Translations under genes and position numbers: made by a program
Assembly (NCBI GenBank): GCA_951406725.2
Contig: OX597819.1
Span: forward strand, 46,996,001 to 47,060,000
From: Octopus vulgaris
Taxonomy: Eukaryota
Direction of reading: 5' to 3'
DNA length: 64,000 nucleotides
Part shown: piece after piece, positions 1 through 14,487 of the stretch
Layout of the letters: every line of letters begins with the position of its first letter
How positions within the stretch are numbered: position 1 is the first letter of the stretch
Notes under the pieces: model-generated
What the model saw: only the letters and a program-made list of their open reading frames with translations
Told to the model about the DNA's origin: nothing
The model's database searches: none

Positions 1-550
<550 letters not shown>

Positions 551-741
551 GATCCCCTCCTATATATATATATGAACTTTATAAATATAAGGGTAAAAAT
601 TCTTAAATAATTATTTACCAGTGGCCAGCATACGTAATAAGAGCCAGAAGACAAATATTTTTAAATATAATACTGTATAGCCTCGGGCCGACCAAAGCCT
701 TGTGAGTGGATTTGGTAGAAGGAAACTGAAAGAAGCCCGTC

Positions 742-802
<61 letters not shown>

Positions 803-1019
803 CATATATGTGTGTGCGGTCATATGTTCTTCAGGCGCCATAGGCTTATAAGGCCTTTTTCCCAGATCCTGTGGCGTAATTGTGTGAGAAAGTTCATTAA
901 ACTAAGCTCAGTATTCAGAGAGTGTATATGGAATAGAAGCCTAAATGATGTCTGTCGAAGCTGCCGTCGGTGTGATTTGAACTCACAGCGTAAAGACATG
1001 TCACCAAGTAGCGTAAAGA

Positions 1020-1408
1020 GAGGAGGAGGCGGTGGTGGTGGTGGTGGTGGTGGTGATTGAGGAGAGGTGTGGGAGGGAGTAGTGGAGATGGGGAATGGTA
1101 AGGAGGAGGAGGGGGAGGGGGGAGGTGGTAGTGGTGGAGAAGGAGGAGGAGCAGGAGGAAGGGGATTATGGTCGCGTTAATAATGTTAACTATACTGAGG
1201 AGAGCGATGAAAATGATGATGACGACGACGACGGCATTGATGTTGATGCTGATGTCGATGTTTATGATGATAATAACGATGATTATCATCTTGATGATAA
1301 TGATGATGTTGATGATAATACTAATAATTATTATAATTATAAGAACAACAATAACAACAAAACAACAACTACAATAACAACAACAACAACTATAATAATA
1401 ATAATAAC

Positions 1409-1466
<58 letters not shown>
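1020..1466. repeat. Compound trinucleotide repeats (GGT/GGA/GAT/AAC/AAT)
   Basis: Directly visible low-complexity runs. Confidence 0.95.
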
Positions 1467-1714
1467 TTTTTAAATAACACGGAAATTTAATATTAAATGT
1501 AATTAACCTTAGTATTTTTTTTTAACCAAATCGTTATCATTTTCTAGACTGAGTTTGTTTCATCGATAAGTCGATCAAATGACTCAAAGTATTCAGCTGC
1601 ACACACTTCCGGTAACCTTAAAAGTTATCCGGAAGTTGCCTCCTACTTACTCTCACCTTGTATAAAACGATGACCTCAAAGGAAAATACACGTACCGACA
1701 TCTAACACACCACC

Positions 1715-1741
1715 AACATCATCATCATCATCGTCATCGTA

Positions 1742-1780
<39 letters not shown>

Positions 1781-1901
1781 ACGTCTACAACACCGCCGCC
1801 ACCATCAGTATAATAACAAGCCACAACCAAAGAACAACAACAACAATAACGGCAACAGTGTCAGAGCCAGCATCATCCTCCTGATCATCAGCATTATCGT
1901 T

Positions 1902-1957
<56 letters not shown>

Positions 1958-2336
1958 TACCATCATCAAAAACAACAACAACAATAACGACATCATTCAC
2001 ATCACCATCATCGTCGTCGTCGTCGTCATTGTCAACATCATCATCAACATCATCATCACTAGCATCACTACCTGTACGATCACCAAAAGATGACTTGGTT
2101 GCTTTAAATATATGCATGTGTGTACGTGTGTATGTGTGTCATGATAAGCATTATATTTGTGCGTGTGTTTTGGTGTGTGTGTCTGTGTGTGTGCGTGTGT
2201 GCGGGACTGTGTGTGAATATATACGCATGTATATGTGTATATGTGTGTGTGTGAATATATATGCATGTATATGTGTATATGTGTGTGTGTGTGTGTTTGT
2301 GTGTGTACGCATATACGTATATTTATATATATTTCC

Positions 2337-2406
<70 letters not shown>

Positions 2407-2408
2407 CA

Positions 2409-2444
<36 letters not shown>

Positions 2445-2523
2445 TATATACGTGTGTGTGTGTATGTGTGTGTATGTATATATGTATATATGATATATAT
2501 ATATATGTATATATGCATATATG

Positions 2524-2556
<33 letters not shown>

Positions 2557-2619
2557 TCATATATACATACATGCACACACATGCATATATATATATATAA
2601 CCAGATATACTTATATACC

Positions 2620-2653
<34 letters not shown>

Positions 2654-2670
2654 CATATTTATGTTTATGC

Positions 2671-2731
<61 letters not shown>

Positions 2732-2746
2732 TATATTTATGTTGTG

Positions 2747-2783
<37 letters not shown>

Positions 2784-2785
2784 GC
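1715..2785. repeat. (CAT)n/(CGT)n then (TG)n/(TA)n/(TACA)n microsatellite block
   Basis: Directly visible. Confidence 0.95.
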
Positions 2786-3113
2786 ACACACTCTCACGAG
2801 CCTGAGGCTTGATACGAGGCTTAGATTTCTCAAAGAGAACACCCAGAATTTCTGCGGACGTGAGTACAGTGTGGTGGTCCAGATGAATGAAACTCCCGAT
2901 TATCACATGACATGTGTGCTTCCTTTGCTTAATAACGTCATTTCCGGTAGAAATGTTTTTGATCACCAGCGACGAATATCGTTTATTCTCATCCTACATT
3001 TTGCTACAACTTCCTCTGTCTTCTACACTTTTGTTCAGTTCTATTTCTTTTTACTTTTATTTATATTATCATATTATCAATATACCTGCCCTTTCAGTAT
3101 GTATATACATACA

Positions 3114-3159
<46 letters not shown>

Positions 3160-3195
3160 TATTCATATATATATGTATTCATGTATGTATGTATG

Positions 3196-3238
<43 letters not shown>

Positions 3239-3839
3239 ATGTATATTTATACACACATGTACATATACATATATACTCACATATATATGTACATATCTAT
3301 ATATACATATATATATATATATATATGCATATATATATATACATATATATACATACATACATACATACATACATACATACATACATAATACATACATACA
3401 TACATACATACATATGTACGTACGTATATTTATATGTGCACAACACGTATGCATGTATATACTTATGTATGTATGTAGGTAGGTATGTAGGTAGGTATGT
3501 TTGTATGTGTGTATATGCTTATGTGTGCGTGCGTGGGTGAGTGGGTGTGGGTGTGGAAAGGTGAATTGGCAGAGTTGCTAGGACGCCGATTAAACTGTGT
3601 TAATATTTTGATCTCTGTGTTCTGAGTTCAAATCACAGTCAGGTCAACTTTGTCTTTCCTCCTTTTGGAGTCGATAAAGGAGATGTAAGTCTAGGCTAGT
3701 ACAACTCTCTCTCTCTCTCCCTTTCTCTCTCTCTCTCTCTCTCTCTCTGTCTTTCTTTATCTATCTATCTCTATTTATCTATTTGTCTGTTTCTCTCTCC
3801 CCCTGCATCAGTTCTCACATTCTGGATAACCCGCTTGAT

Positions 3840-4027
3840 CAGTACTCTGCAACCGGTATGCCGCGGCACATTGGTATGCCTCGAGACGATGCTAGGTGTG
3901 TCGCAGTGTAACCTGAATATAATTTTTTTTCCCAATACTTTTCGTTATATTTTTTATTTCAGGTGTGCTGCCGAATTTTGAAAAGAATATAAGTATACCG
4001 CAAGTGAGAAAAGTTTGCGGAGCACTA
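3840..4027. mobile_element. hAT (Charlie-like) MITE
   Basis: Imperfect TIRs CAGTACTCTGCAAC...TTTGCGGAGCACTA; flanks CGCTTGAT / CGCTTGGA resemble a decayed 8-bp TSD. Confidence 0.65.
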
Positions 4028-4522
4028 CGCTTGGATAAGATGAAGAGGGTGTCTGCGACAACTCATGAAGATATGACCGCCTATCTATCCATTGCCGAAA
4101 TTATGGTACATGTTGAACGTATGATACTTGTAGTCACTTACAAATCATTTTTGGTTGCTAGTAGCTACATTTACTGGGTTTCTGGTTGCATATCCATGAA
4201 TTTTGCACATTCCAGCTGCTAATTATGAATATTACAATTACGTAATTCTGAGTTTTCAAAAACCAGCTACGAATTAAAAAAGAGCTGTGCATATTCTCCT
4301 AAGTATTCTACATTTTTTATGCTCGATATATTTGTTTATACACACAGACACAGACACACACACACATACATATATGCTTGTATATAAGCTTTTATTATTT
4401 TCTGAATATATCTAGTTATATGCATATGTTGTTGTGTGTGTATCTATATGTGTATATGTATATATGCTTATTTATATATCTCTGGCCTAATCCTGTTTAT
4501 CTGCATCATTATCTCTTTCTCT

Positions 4523-4609
<87 letters not shown>

Positions 4610-4735
4610 CATACATATATGTGTATGTATCTATCATTTTGATCTCTGTGTTCTGAGTTCAAATCACAGTCAGGACAACTTTGCCTTTCATCCTTTTGGA
4701 GTCGATAAAGGAGACGTTCGTCTAGGCTAGTACAG

Positions 4736-4790
<55 letters not shown>

Positions 4791-4913
4791 CTATCTATCT
4801 CTATCTATCTGTATGTATGTATGTATGTATGTATGTATGTATGTATGTATGTATGTATGTATGAATGTATGTATGTATGTATGTATGTATGTATGTATGT
4901 ATGTATGTATGTA

Positions 4914-4944
<31 letters not shown>

Positions 4945-5899
4945 ATGTATGTATGTATGTATGTATGTATGTATGTATGTATATGAAAGAGCACGTACAT
5001 CGATAAATAAAACGTCAAATACCTAAATCGTTAGCCTTCCTTCTGTTCTGCCGTTCATCCTTCTGATAACAGAAACATAAGTATCACTCAAACAATGAGT
5101 TCGATTGCAATCGGCTATAAACCTTCTCTAAAAATTTGTGGCTATGTTTCTATGTTGGTAATTAAAATCTTATAACCACAGTTGAATAAAAAAAAAATTA
5201 AATTAAATTAATCTCGACTGGAATTGAACCTAGAATAGTTATAGGTCGAAGTATATTAACCTACCGTCTGAAGTGTAAAGAAATTCATGTTTTCAAGGAG
5301 AAAATTAAAAAGAAGCTAAAAATACAGTTTTAATGTCCATGCTTTCTTCAAGAAAGTAGCATGTTAAATACACTGAGGTAAATTCTTTTTGAAAGATCAA
5401 TTGATTTGGTGTTCGGACTTCATGTCGTATGATGATCACCATAAAGATTACGCAAATGCTTGCTTGTCTGAGCAAGGATGAAGGATATTATCTGTAACTA
5501 CTCGTTATAGGATTTTCTAAATTGCTGGGCTTGATGAAAGGAAGCACCTATAAACCCTTAGAGTATTTCTCTGGTTGGTAACATTTTCTGTGTTGGTGAG
5601 TTGGCTTTATCTTGCCTCCAGGCTTTACATTCTGAGGAATTGGCACAAGAGTTATCTTAAACGCCTTACGCTCAATGGAGCCCGTCCTTCTCCAACTCTG
5701 ATCACAACTGACTTCTAGAAGAAAGAAAAAATAACTTAATGACTGACTGAATAGGAACCCTAAACTGGATTGGTAATTTGTACATCGAACCCATGACAAA
5801 GTTGACCTCGACATTATTTAAACACTGAGCGGAATAAACCGGAACGAATACCGAAAAGAATCCTATCCCGCACTCTAACGACTCTGCCAAGTCACCGTT

Positions 5900-6300
5900 C
5901 AGAGTTCAACTTAAACTTCAACAGGTATGTGTTTGTGACGGAAAATGTGATCAGAGAGGGATTTCATAAGATAGCAGCTCTAGAAGAGAAGGTTTAGTCT
6001 GAGTGTTTAGTACGTAGTCTGGGATAATATACAATAGGGATAACGATAAGAGACAAGTACATCTAATAACTTTGTGTAAAGATGGCATAAAGAACCGAGA
6101 CCATTCTAGAAATGATCGAGGAGACGATGGGAAAACATTGTTTACTTGTGCGCTTACTAAACAGTTGAGACAAATCTTTCAGTGGCGATGTCATTTTTGG
6201 TGTGTAGAAGCTGCACTATCCCAGGTGTGTTGATGTATATTAGCGTAAAGATCACTTGTGATAGTGTAGGGGCTTTGCAAGTGTTCAAAATCAGTATTCT
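5900..6300 (-). pseudogene. Possible heavily decayed LINE ORF2 AP-endonuclease fragment
   Basis: Minus-strand translation LQSPYTITSDLYAN..W resembles the P.II.GDFNAH...W motif, with LSDH near 5950. Many stops and frameshifts. Confidence 0.3.
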
Positions 6301-6429
6301 GAGAAAATTACATCTACGACGTTCGTATATATTCAATTCGCATTAACTACACGAGTGGACTAAATTGACTTAGCCTGAGAATCGAAACTGCATCCCGTCT
6401 TCACAGTATTTCTTGCTATTCGGGAGAAA

Positions 6430-6990
6430 GGGGTAAGTCGATTACATCGACCCCAGTGCTCAACTGGTAGTTATTTCATCTACTTTGAAAGGATGAAAGA
6501 CAAATTTCGACCTCTGTGGAATTTCAACTCAGAACAAAAAGACGACCGAAATGCCGCTAAGCATTTTTCTTAGCTTGCTAACGATTCTGCCAGCTTGCCG
6601 CCTTTATTGAGTAAAATTCTTTTCTACTATTGACACAAGGCCTGAAATTTTGTGGGAAGGTGGGGGAGGCTAGTCGATTACATCGAATCCAGTAGTTAAC
6701 TGGTACTTAATTTATCGAGATGTGGAAGTGCAGAGTTGACTTCTGTGAGATTTCATCTCAGAGCGTGAAGAGGACGAACTGCTGCTATGCATTTTGGTCC
6801 GCGTGCTAACGATTTTGCATGCTCACCGCCTTATTAATAAGCAGTGTTAGTTTCAAATTTAGGCACAAGACCAACAAGTTCAGGGGTGGGTAATCGATTA
6901 CATCCACCCCTAGTACTCAACTGGTACTTATTTTATCGATCTCAGAAGGATGAAAGGTAAAGTCGACCTCGACGAAATTTGAACTGCCTT
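6430..6990 (-). mobile_element. Three adjacent decayed family B SINE copies
   Basis: Each contains GAAAGGATGAAAGG.AAAGTCGACCTC-like core and GATTACATCGAC motif. Confidence 0.85.
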
Positions 6991-7020
6991 ATTAATAAGT
7001 AATATTAATATTTAGAATAA

Positions 7021-8030
7021 GGCGGTGAGCTGGCAGAATCATTACCGCGTCGGAATAAATGCTTATCAAGGCGGCGAGCTGGCAGAAACGTTAGCACGCC
7101 GGGCGAAATGATTAGTGGTATTTCGTCTGCCATTACGTTCTGAGTTCAAATTCCGGCGAGGTTGACTTTGCCTTTCATCCTTTCGGGGTCGATTAAATAA
7201 CTACCAGTTACGCACTAGGGTCAGTGTAATCGACTTAATCCCTTTGTCTGTCCTTGTTTGTCCACTCTATGCTTAGCCCCTTGGGGTAAATAAAGAAATA
7301 GAAATAGGTATTTCGTCTGTCTTTACGTTCTGAGTTCAAATTCCGCCGAGGTCGACTTTGCCTTTCATCCTTTCGGGGTCGATAGATTAAGTACCAGTTA
7401 CGCACTGGGGTCAGTGTAATCGACTTAATCCCTTTGTCTGTCCTTGGTTGTCCACTCTATGCCTAGCCCCTTGTGGTAAATAAAGAAATAGAAATAGGTA
7501 TTTCGTCTGTCATTACGTTCTGAGTTCAAATTCCGCCGAGGTCGACTTTGTCTTTCATCCTTTCGGGACCGATTAAATAAGTACCAGTTACGCACTTGGG
7601 TCGATATAATCGACTTAATCCGTTTGTCTGTCCTTCTTTGTCCTCTCTGTGTTTAGCCCCTTATGGGTAGTAAAGAAATAGGTATTTCGTCTGCCGTTAC
7701 GTTGTGAGTTCAAATTCCGCCGAGGTCGACTTTGCCTTTCATCCCTTCGGGGTCGATAAATTAATTACCAGTTGCGTACTGGGGTCGATCGAATCGACTG
7801 GCTCCCTCCCCGAAAATTTCGGGGTCTTGTGCCTAGAATAGAAAAGGAATAAATGCTTAACTGCATTTCTGCAAGCTCATTACGCCCCGAGTTGAAATCC
7901 CACCGAAGTCAAGTTTGTGTTTCATACTCTGAAGATCGATAACATTAAGTACCAGTCAAGTAATGAAACGACATAATCGACTAGCGCCCCACCTAACGAA
8001 CATTTTCAGGCCTTGTACCATTAGTAGAAA
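7021..8030 (+). mobile_element. Old family B SINE split by a tetrameric family B SINE (7066-7845)
   Basis: Head GGCGGCGAGCTGGCAGAA; units restart at GGTATTTCGTCTG at 7117, 7307, 7497 and 7681; TSD GGAATAAATGCTTA at 7052-7065 and 7846-7859. The core GTCGACTTTGCCTTTCATCCTTTCGGGGTCGATAAA resembles the MetaSINE central domain (from memory). Confidence 0.92.
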
Positions 8031-8044
8031 TGTTTATTAAAGTG

Positions 8045-8250
8045 ACGAGTGAGCAGGAATGTTACCGCAGCGGACAAAATGCTTAGCGATATTTCTGCCA
8101 ACATTTTAAGTTCAAATACGGCTGAGGTCGACTTTTCCTTGCATCCTTTCGGAATCGATAAAATATGTTCAAATTGAGAATTAGGGTAGATGTAATCGAC
8201 TTCCTCCCCCATTCCTGAAATTTGCTGGTCTTGCACTAAAATAGAAAGAA
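8045..8250 (+). mobile_element. Decayed family B SINE
   Basis: Box B-like AGTTCAAAT and GTCGACTTTTCCTTGCATCCTTTCGG core. Confidence 0.8.
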
Positions 8251-8729
8251 TTATTAAAATACAGAGTCCCTTACAAGATAATTTGGTTATATTGAATTGT
8301 CTTCATCTGAAAACTGAACCCGCGTCCCACACTCAATTTATTTGTTGCTGTACGTGACTGGCCTCTAAGGTTACATAGATATTAATAACTATTATTAAAA
8401 ATGTAGAGTTGCTTACAAGATTATATGATTATCAAATCTAGAAATCTGTTCAGTTAAGATATTCGACATTGCATTAGCAAGCAATGAATAATCTTCTCTT
8501 ATCTGATCAGCTAAAATAAACCGTAGCTATTTCACACTGTAACTTGCAGCATCGGTTATAATGTCGGAAGTTTTGTGTGTGTGAAAGAGTCTTTCTATAT
8601 ATGAACAGAAAAAGAGAAGACACATAGAAACGTATACACTCACACACAGTGATAGATATTGATAAATACATACATATATTCATACGTAGATGCACATACA
8701 AATATATATATATACACACACACACAAAG

Positions 8730-8760
<31 letters not shown>

Positions 8761-9141
8761 CATACATACATACATACATACATACATACATACATACATA
8801 GAGGTGTATTCTATCAAAAATAAATGCTAAAAAAATACACATTTTGTATTGTCCAAAAACACATCAGGGCCATCGGGCGGAACAGAAAACAGATTTTGCT
8901 TGCCATATTATTTTTTGATAAAGTATATTAGCACTCAGACTTCAGCCGTTGATTTCTTTATTCTGAGCAGCCTGAACTTCTACGAACTGGAAACATGTTT
9001 GTCTTTTCTCGATCCACTTTTTTCTCTCCTCATTTATTCTTTCTATAGAAAACTGAACGAATGAAACTTAAAAGGGTTTTCTTTCTATTCTTCCTGAGCG
9101 TAACACTAATACATGGCCTTTTTACCTCGCCTGTGTTATTT

Positions 9142-9219
<78 letters not shown>

Positions 9220-9703
9220 CATATAAGAGTGATTGTGTGGTAAGTAGCTTGCTTACCAACCACATGGTCCTGAGTTCAGTCCCACTGCATGGCACATTAG
9301 GCAAGTTTCTTCTACTATAGCTTCTACTATAACACCTGCACTTAAAATTGTCGGTTCTAACCGTTGCAATCGAGATTTGATTCTCACGATCAGTGGAACT
9401 ATACCCAAGCAACACAGTCGTCAAATTAAGTGTTTTTTCTCTAAATAATTTTTTGTTTACTATTCAAACTTTTATGTTCTTTTTTTTCATAGCACTCCTT
9501 TACAATGGAAGCATCAAACGATTCTCATTTTCTAATTTCATACGTATTTATTTGTATTATTGTTTCGTGAAGTAATTTTCTTACGCCTTCTATTATCTGT
9601 CCTATGTCTTGATTTCATTTTTCGTCTGAGAGAAATTAGGCATTGTAATGGGTGTTGGGAATATCCCTGCTCCCGGGTATTACCAGGTATCTCAGCTTGT
9701 ACA

Positions 9704-9784
<81 letters not shown>

Positions 9785-9819
9785 GAGATTTCTACGAGAA
9801 TTCTTCGCGAAAAGTTTTA

Positions 9820-9886
<67 letters not shown>

Positions 9887-9905
9887 CATATATACATATA
9901 CCTAT

Positions 9906-9945
<40 letters not shown>

Positions 9946-10332
9946 TAACACAAATTATCATAACAATTCCTATAGAAAATCTGATATATTACGAAAATGG
10001 TAAAGTATATTATCCATACAGATATCGGCTAAATACCATAACACACTACCGTCGTAGACATTTTCATATCGCTCACATATGAACGACATTTTTAGAGAAG
10101 AGAGTTACCCCATCGTTAATTCAGATTGCAATTACAGATTAAGAGAAAAACCTCAAACTAGACAGCTGACCGAAAATAATGACGTTTCCACGAACGATAA
10201 AAAAAAATATCAGAAGAGAAAGACAATTTAAAAGGACAAAAAAAACAGAAACAAAATACATCACATATTTTTGGTCTTTCGTTTCACCTGTTATTTTTAC
10301 CATTATCAATACTATTATTATTAGTTTTATCG

Positions 10333-10860
<528 letters not shown>

Positions 10861-11689
10861 CGTTTTGTTGGTGCGTCTTGTTAGAAATATCGAGTGTTTT
10901 TTTTTATATAAATATTTATCAGAATAATGGAAAAATTAAAATGATAATAACGTGTGAAAGATCATTCGAGTCAATTTGACAGGGACATTGCAAACGATAA
11001 GCGCTGGATATAACCGAGACCTGACATAGAATTTATCACTGTTTCAGCCTCTTCCGCCATCATCATCATCATCATCGTCCCCACCGTCATCGTCACCCTC
11101 ATCCACTGATTACACACACATACACACACACATATACATACAAGCATACACACAGATACACACATTCTCTCTCTCCTCCTGCTCTCTCTCTCTCTTTCAC
11201 TCTTTCTCTTTCTCTCTCTTTCCCTCTCGTCCTCTCTCTCGCTACCATTACACTGGTTTATTTTCAATGATCAAAGTATTGATCCGGATAACTTTTATTA
11301 TATCTTATTTTTCCTTTTATTATATATCATATTTATTATATTCATGTGTTTTTTGCTTTGTTTTTTTTTTTTGGTTTCATGTTTGTAGAATTTTTCTATA
11401 TTTTATTTTTTGTGTAATGGCGTTTTTGTCTTTATGTTTTGTTTTTTTTTAAATGTTTTTAAACATTTTTTATACTCTTCCTTTGTTTTTGCTGTAGAAA
11501 ATTCGTTTTAATTTATTTATTCTCATACAGTTTTTTTTTTAATTTGCTTTCATTAATTTTTGTGGCGAGTTGAATTCTTATATTTGTTGTGGTTGTTGTT
11601 GTTGATTTTCTGGGTGGATATCGAGGTTATTGTAATCGTTCGCGTTGATTAAATTCCTTTGTTTTCCTCACTCACGTTCTCTTCACGAT

Positions 11690-11708
11690 GCATATATACA
11701 TATATATA

Positions 11709-11798
<90 letters not shown>

Positions 11799-11819
11799 TA
11801 TATGTGTGTGTGTGTGTAC

Positions 11820-11862
<43 letters not shown>

Positions 11863-11882
11863 TACATATACATATGTATATA

Positions 11883-11914
<32 letters not shown>

Positions 11915-11981
11915 CATATATATGCATATATATACATATATATATATACATATATATACATATACATACATATATATATGC

Positions 11982-12048
<67 letters not shown>
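11690..12048. repeat. (TA)n/(TACA) microsatellite block
   Basis: Directly visible. Confidence 0.97.
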
Positions 12049-12051
<3 letters not shown>

Positions 12052-12284
12052 AAGCACGAATCTGTTTCTAATGATCTATTCATCGTTATATGTTACTTCT
12101 CATACACATTGAATTTCTTTACATTCTCTGGTTTTCTTTCTTAAACGTCATCACTACTACCTTCTCTATCACACAATTGAGGCAAAACCACCGCGCCACC
12201 ATTGCCACCGCCACCACCACAACCAGTACCACTAACATCATCATTATCATCACCGTTATTACCAAACAATCGGAAAAATAACCG

Positions 12285-12470
12285 CATCGTGGCTTCTTCA
12301 CCTGCTAGAAATAGAAACCAAATTTCCCCCAAATCGCATTATATCATCTGAAAAAGGATTCATAGAAAAGACATGCAAAAGCAAAAGCAAAAGGCGCGAT
12401 GTTCAGGGCTGGAACAGTTTGCATCATGGGTTTGCTTATTCAGCACACTTTGTGACTAAACGACAATAGT
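12285..12470 (+). mobile_element. Decayed family D SINE-like repeat
   Basis: CGTGGCT..TC.ACCTG.TAGAAATAG..CCAAAT motif is shared with the copy at 47085-47525; related pieces at 36330-36480 and 60268-60325. Confidence 0.65.
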
Positions 12471-13372
12471 TTGCTTTCTACAGTAGACGCCGATAACTAC
12501 GGTCTGCGGTTTTATTTCGTCCAGTGCGCCGACTTCATAAAGTATGTGACAGTACATACAAAGTTGTTTATCTATCATTTGTAGCGAGCATTAAAATTCA
12601 GTAAGAAAAATACGAACCAAAGTTTCGTTATTGCAGTGACTGCAAATGGATCTTTGTTTTATATAAATACAAAACAGAAAAGCGAAATCCATTTGCTTGA
12701 AAAAAATGTACGAATCTTTAAACAGTAAATGCTTCAGTTTCTTACTTAGATGGAATGATATATATCAACTGCGTTTCATATATTGCCACAATAAGTTTAC
12801 ATGCATCTCCGGTTCTAGGGAAGGAGGTAGGGTAGAAAATCTATTAATTTTCCCGCTAGGGAAAGCAGTAATCTGACTGGATGGTACATTTACCCAAATC
12901 CACAATCGTCATAGCTAAAACCTTTCACTGCATGCGATGTTATATACAGAGTACTTGCTTATTCCTATGAAACTGAATATACAATAGATGACACTTCAAG
13001 TTTATCACCGGTCATTTATAGACCATTCAGTGACTTGAGGGCTGGCAGCTATTTTGGGTATATCAATTAAATATCAAGGAAATGTCTGAAATCTTTCTAT
13101 ACATCCGGCAGTTTGAGAAGGTGTTCGTTGCCAAATGCGACACAAAGATGAATTAGTCGTCTGTTCACTCACATTTTACGTTATATTTCACGTTATATTT
13201 TTCTGTATAGTGGAATGTCGATTTTTAAAATGTAGGAGCATGCGCTGTTTAAATATACATACATATGCAACATGTATTTCCAAATACATATTTATAAGTA
13301 CATATATATATACATACATATATGTATGTGTGTATATATATATAACGAAGTAATGGCGCAAAGCAGTATTTA

Positions 13373-13705
13373 CAGGCAAATACAGTGCAGTTATGGAGAA
13401 AAATCTCTCTTATGGTAAAAAGGTGAGAAAACACCCAGTTCGTTCACTATCACCATCTCTCGGGAATCTCAGACATCGATGTTTCGAGTTTATTGACTCT
13501 TGGCGATGAGATGTACCTAAGAGAGGCAACTCTGGACGAACTAAATAAAGCTTGTGGCTTTATATATAATTCAGCCTCTCTTGGGTACATCTCATCGACA
13601 AGAGTCAATAAACTTGAAATATCGATATCTGAGTTTCCTGAGAGATGACGACACTGAACGAACTAGGCGTTTTCACATCTTTTTACCATAAGAGGTATTT
13701 GCCTT
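13373..13705. repeat. Foldback (long inverted repeat), probably Penelope-like terminal repeat
   Basis: Arms 13407-13527 and 13574-13693 are reverse complements with scattered mismatches; (TA)n on both sides; stem-loop GAGT-caataa-ACTC followed by GAAAC. Confidence 0.85.
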
Positions 13706-13742
13706 TAGTAGTTGAAATACATTTCAACTAACTTAAATTGTG

Positions 13743-13774
<32 letters not shown>

Positions 13775-13781
<7 letters not shown>

Positions 13782-13960
13782 GAAATTTACAGAAAAACAA
13801 AAGACGAAGGCAGGTGTATGAACAACAAGCAAGTGTATTAGTTTGACGCTCGGAAAAGTGAGTCTTATGTTTCTGGCCTACGCTCTTCAACAGAAAGGAA
13901 CACGAGGAAATTAACAGAGAGAGAATTTTAAAAACTTGTGGATTTAGCGATCAATTATGG
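13775..13960 (-). mobile_element. Penelope-like terminal fragment with decayed hammerhead motif (13862-13897)
   Basis: Reverse complement CTTTCTGTTGAAGAGCGTAGGCCAGAAACATAAGAC...CCGAGCGTCAAACTAATAC matches the copies at 15233 and 23079. Confidence 0.7.
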
Positions 13961-14135
13961 CGACTGGTTGGAAAAAGGTAGTTGGACAGGAGAGCTAGGA
14001 AGAAGGGTGATCCCAAAATGAAGGTTCACGTCCGTGTGTGTATGTGAGAGTGTGTAAGTGTGTGCGGGTGGATAGAGGCTAGTGATTTTGACGTGTGGAT
14101 GTGTGTGCGTGTGTGTACGTCTGTAATGTATGGAT

Positions 14136-14232
14136 GTGTGGGTGTGCGGAGGATGGTGTGTGGGTGTGCGGAGGATGGTGTGTGGGTGTGCGGAGGATGG
14201 TGTGTGGGTGTGCAGATGATGGTGTGTGGTGT
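14136..14232. repeat. 22-bp minisatellite (GTGTGGGTGTGCGGAGGATGGT) x4, followed by a G-rich tract to about 14470
   Basis: Directly visible. Confidence 0.9.
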
Positions 14233-14487
14233 GGGGGCTGGGAAGTAGTCAGTGCTAGTGTGTATGTGGAGTGGTGTGGGGTGGTGCGATGTGGTGTGGT
14301 GGTGTATGGTGTGTGGTGTGGCGGTGTGAGGGAGTGGGGATGTGAAGGTAGGGTGTAGGTTTGGGATGAGGATGTGGGGTGGGGTGAGGTTGTGGGGTGG
14401 GGTGAGGTTGTGGGATGGAGATGTGGGGTGGAGGTGTTGGGGTAGGGTTGGAGTAGGAGCGGGAGTGGTATGTGTGTAGGGAATTGT

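Noticed and set aside
1658-1675. Possible 18-nt minus-strand microexon (VIVLYK)
   Set aside because: The acceptor is an uncommon GAG and there is no supporting gene context.
1997-3540. Long ORFs such as 1997-2842 and 2661-3482
   Set aside because: They are translations of (TA)n/(TG)n/(TACA)n. The unique part near 2795-2990 has a GTGAGT donor but no recognisable domain or good acceptor.
7066-7845. CRISPR-like or tRNA gene array
   Set aside because: Units are near-identical 184-190 bp SINE bodies with no unique spacers and no full cloverleaf; the context is eukaryotic.
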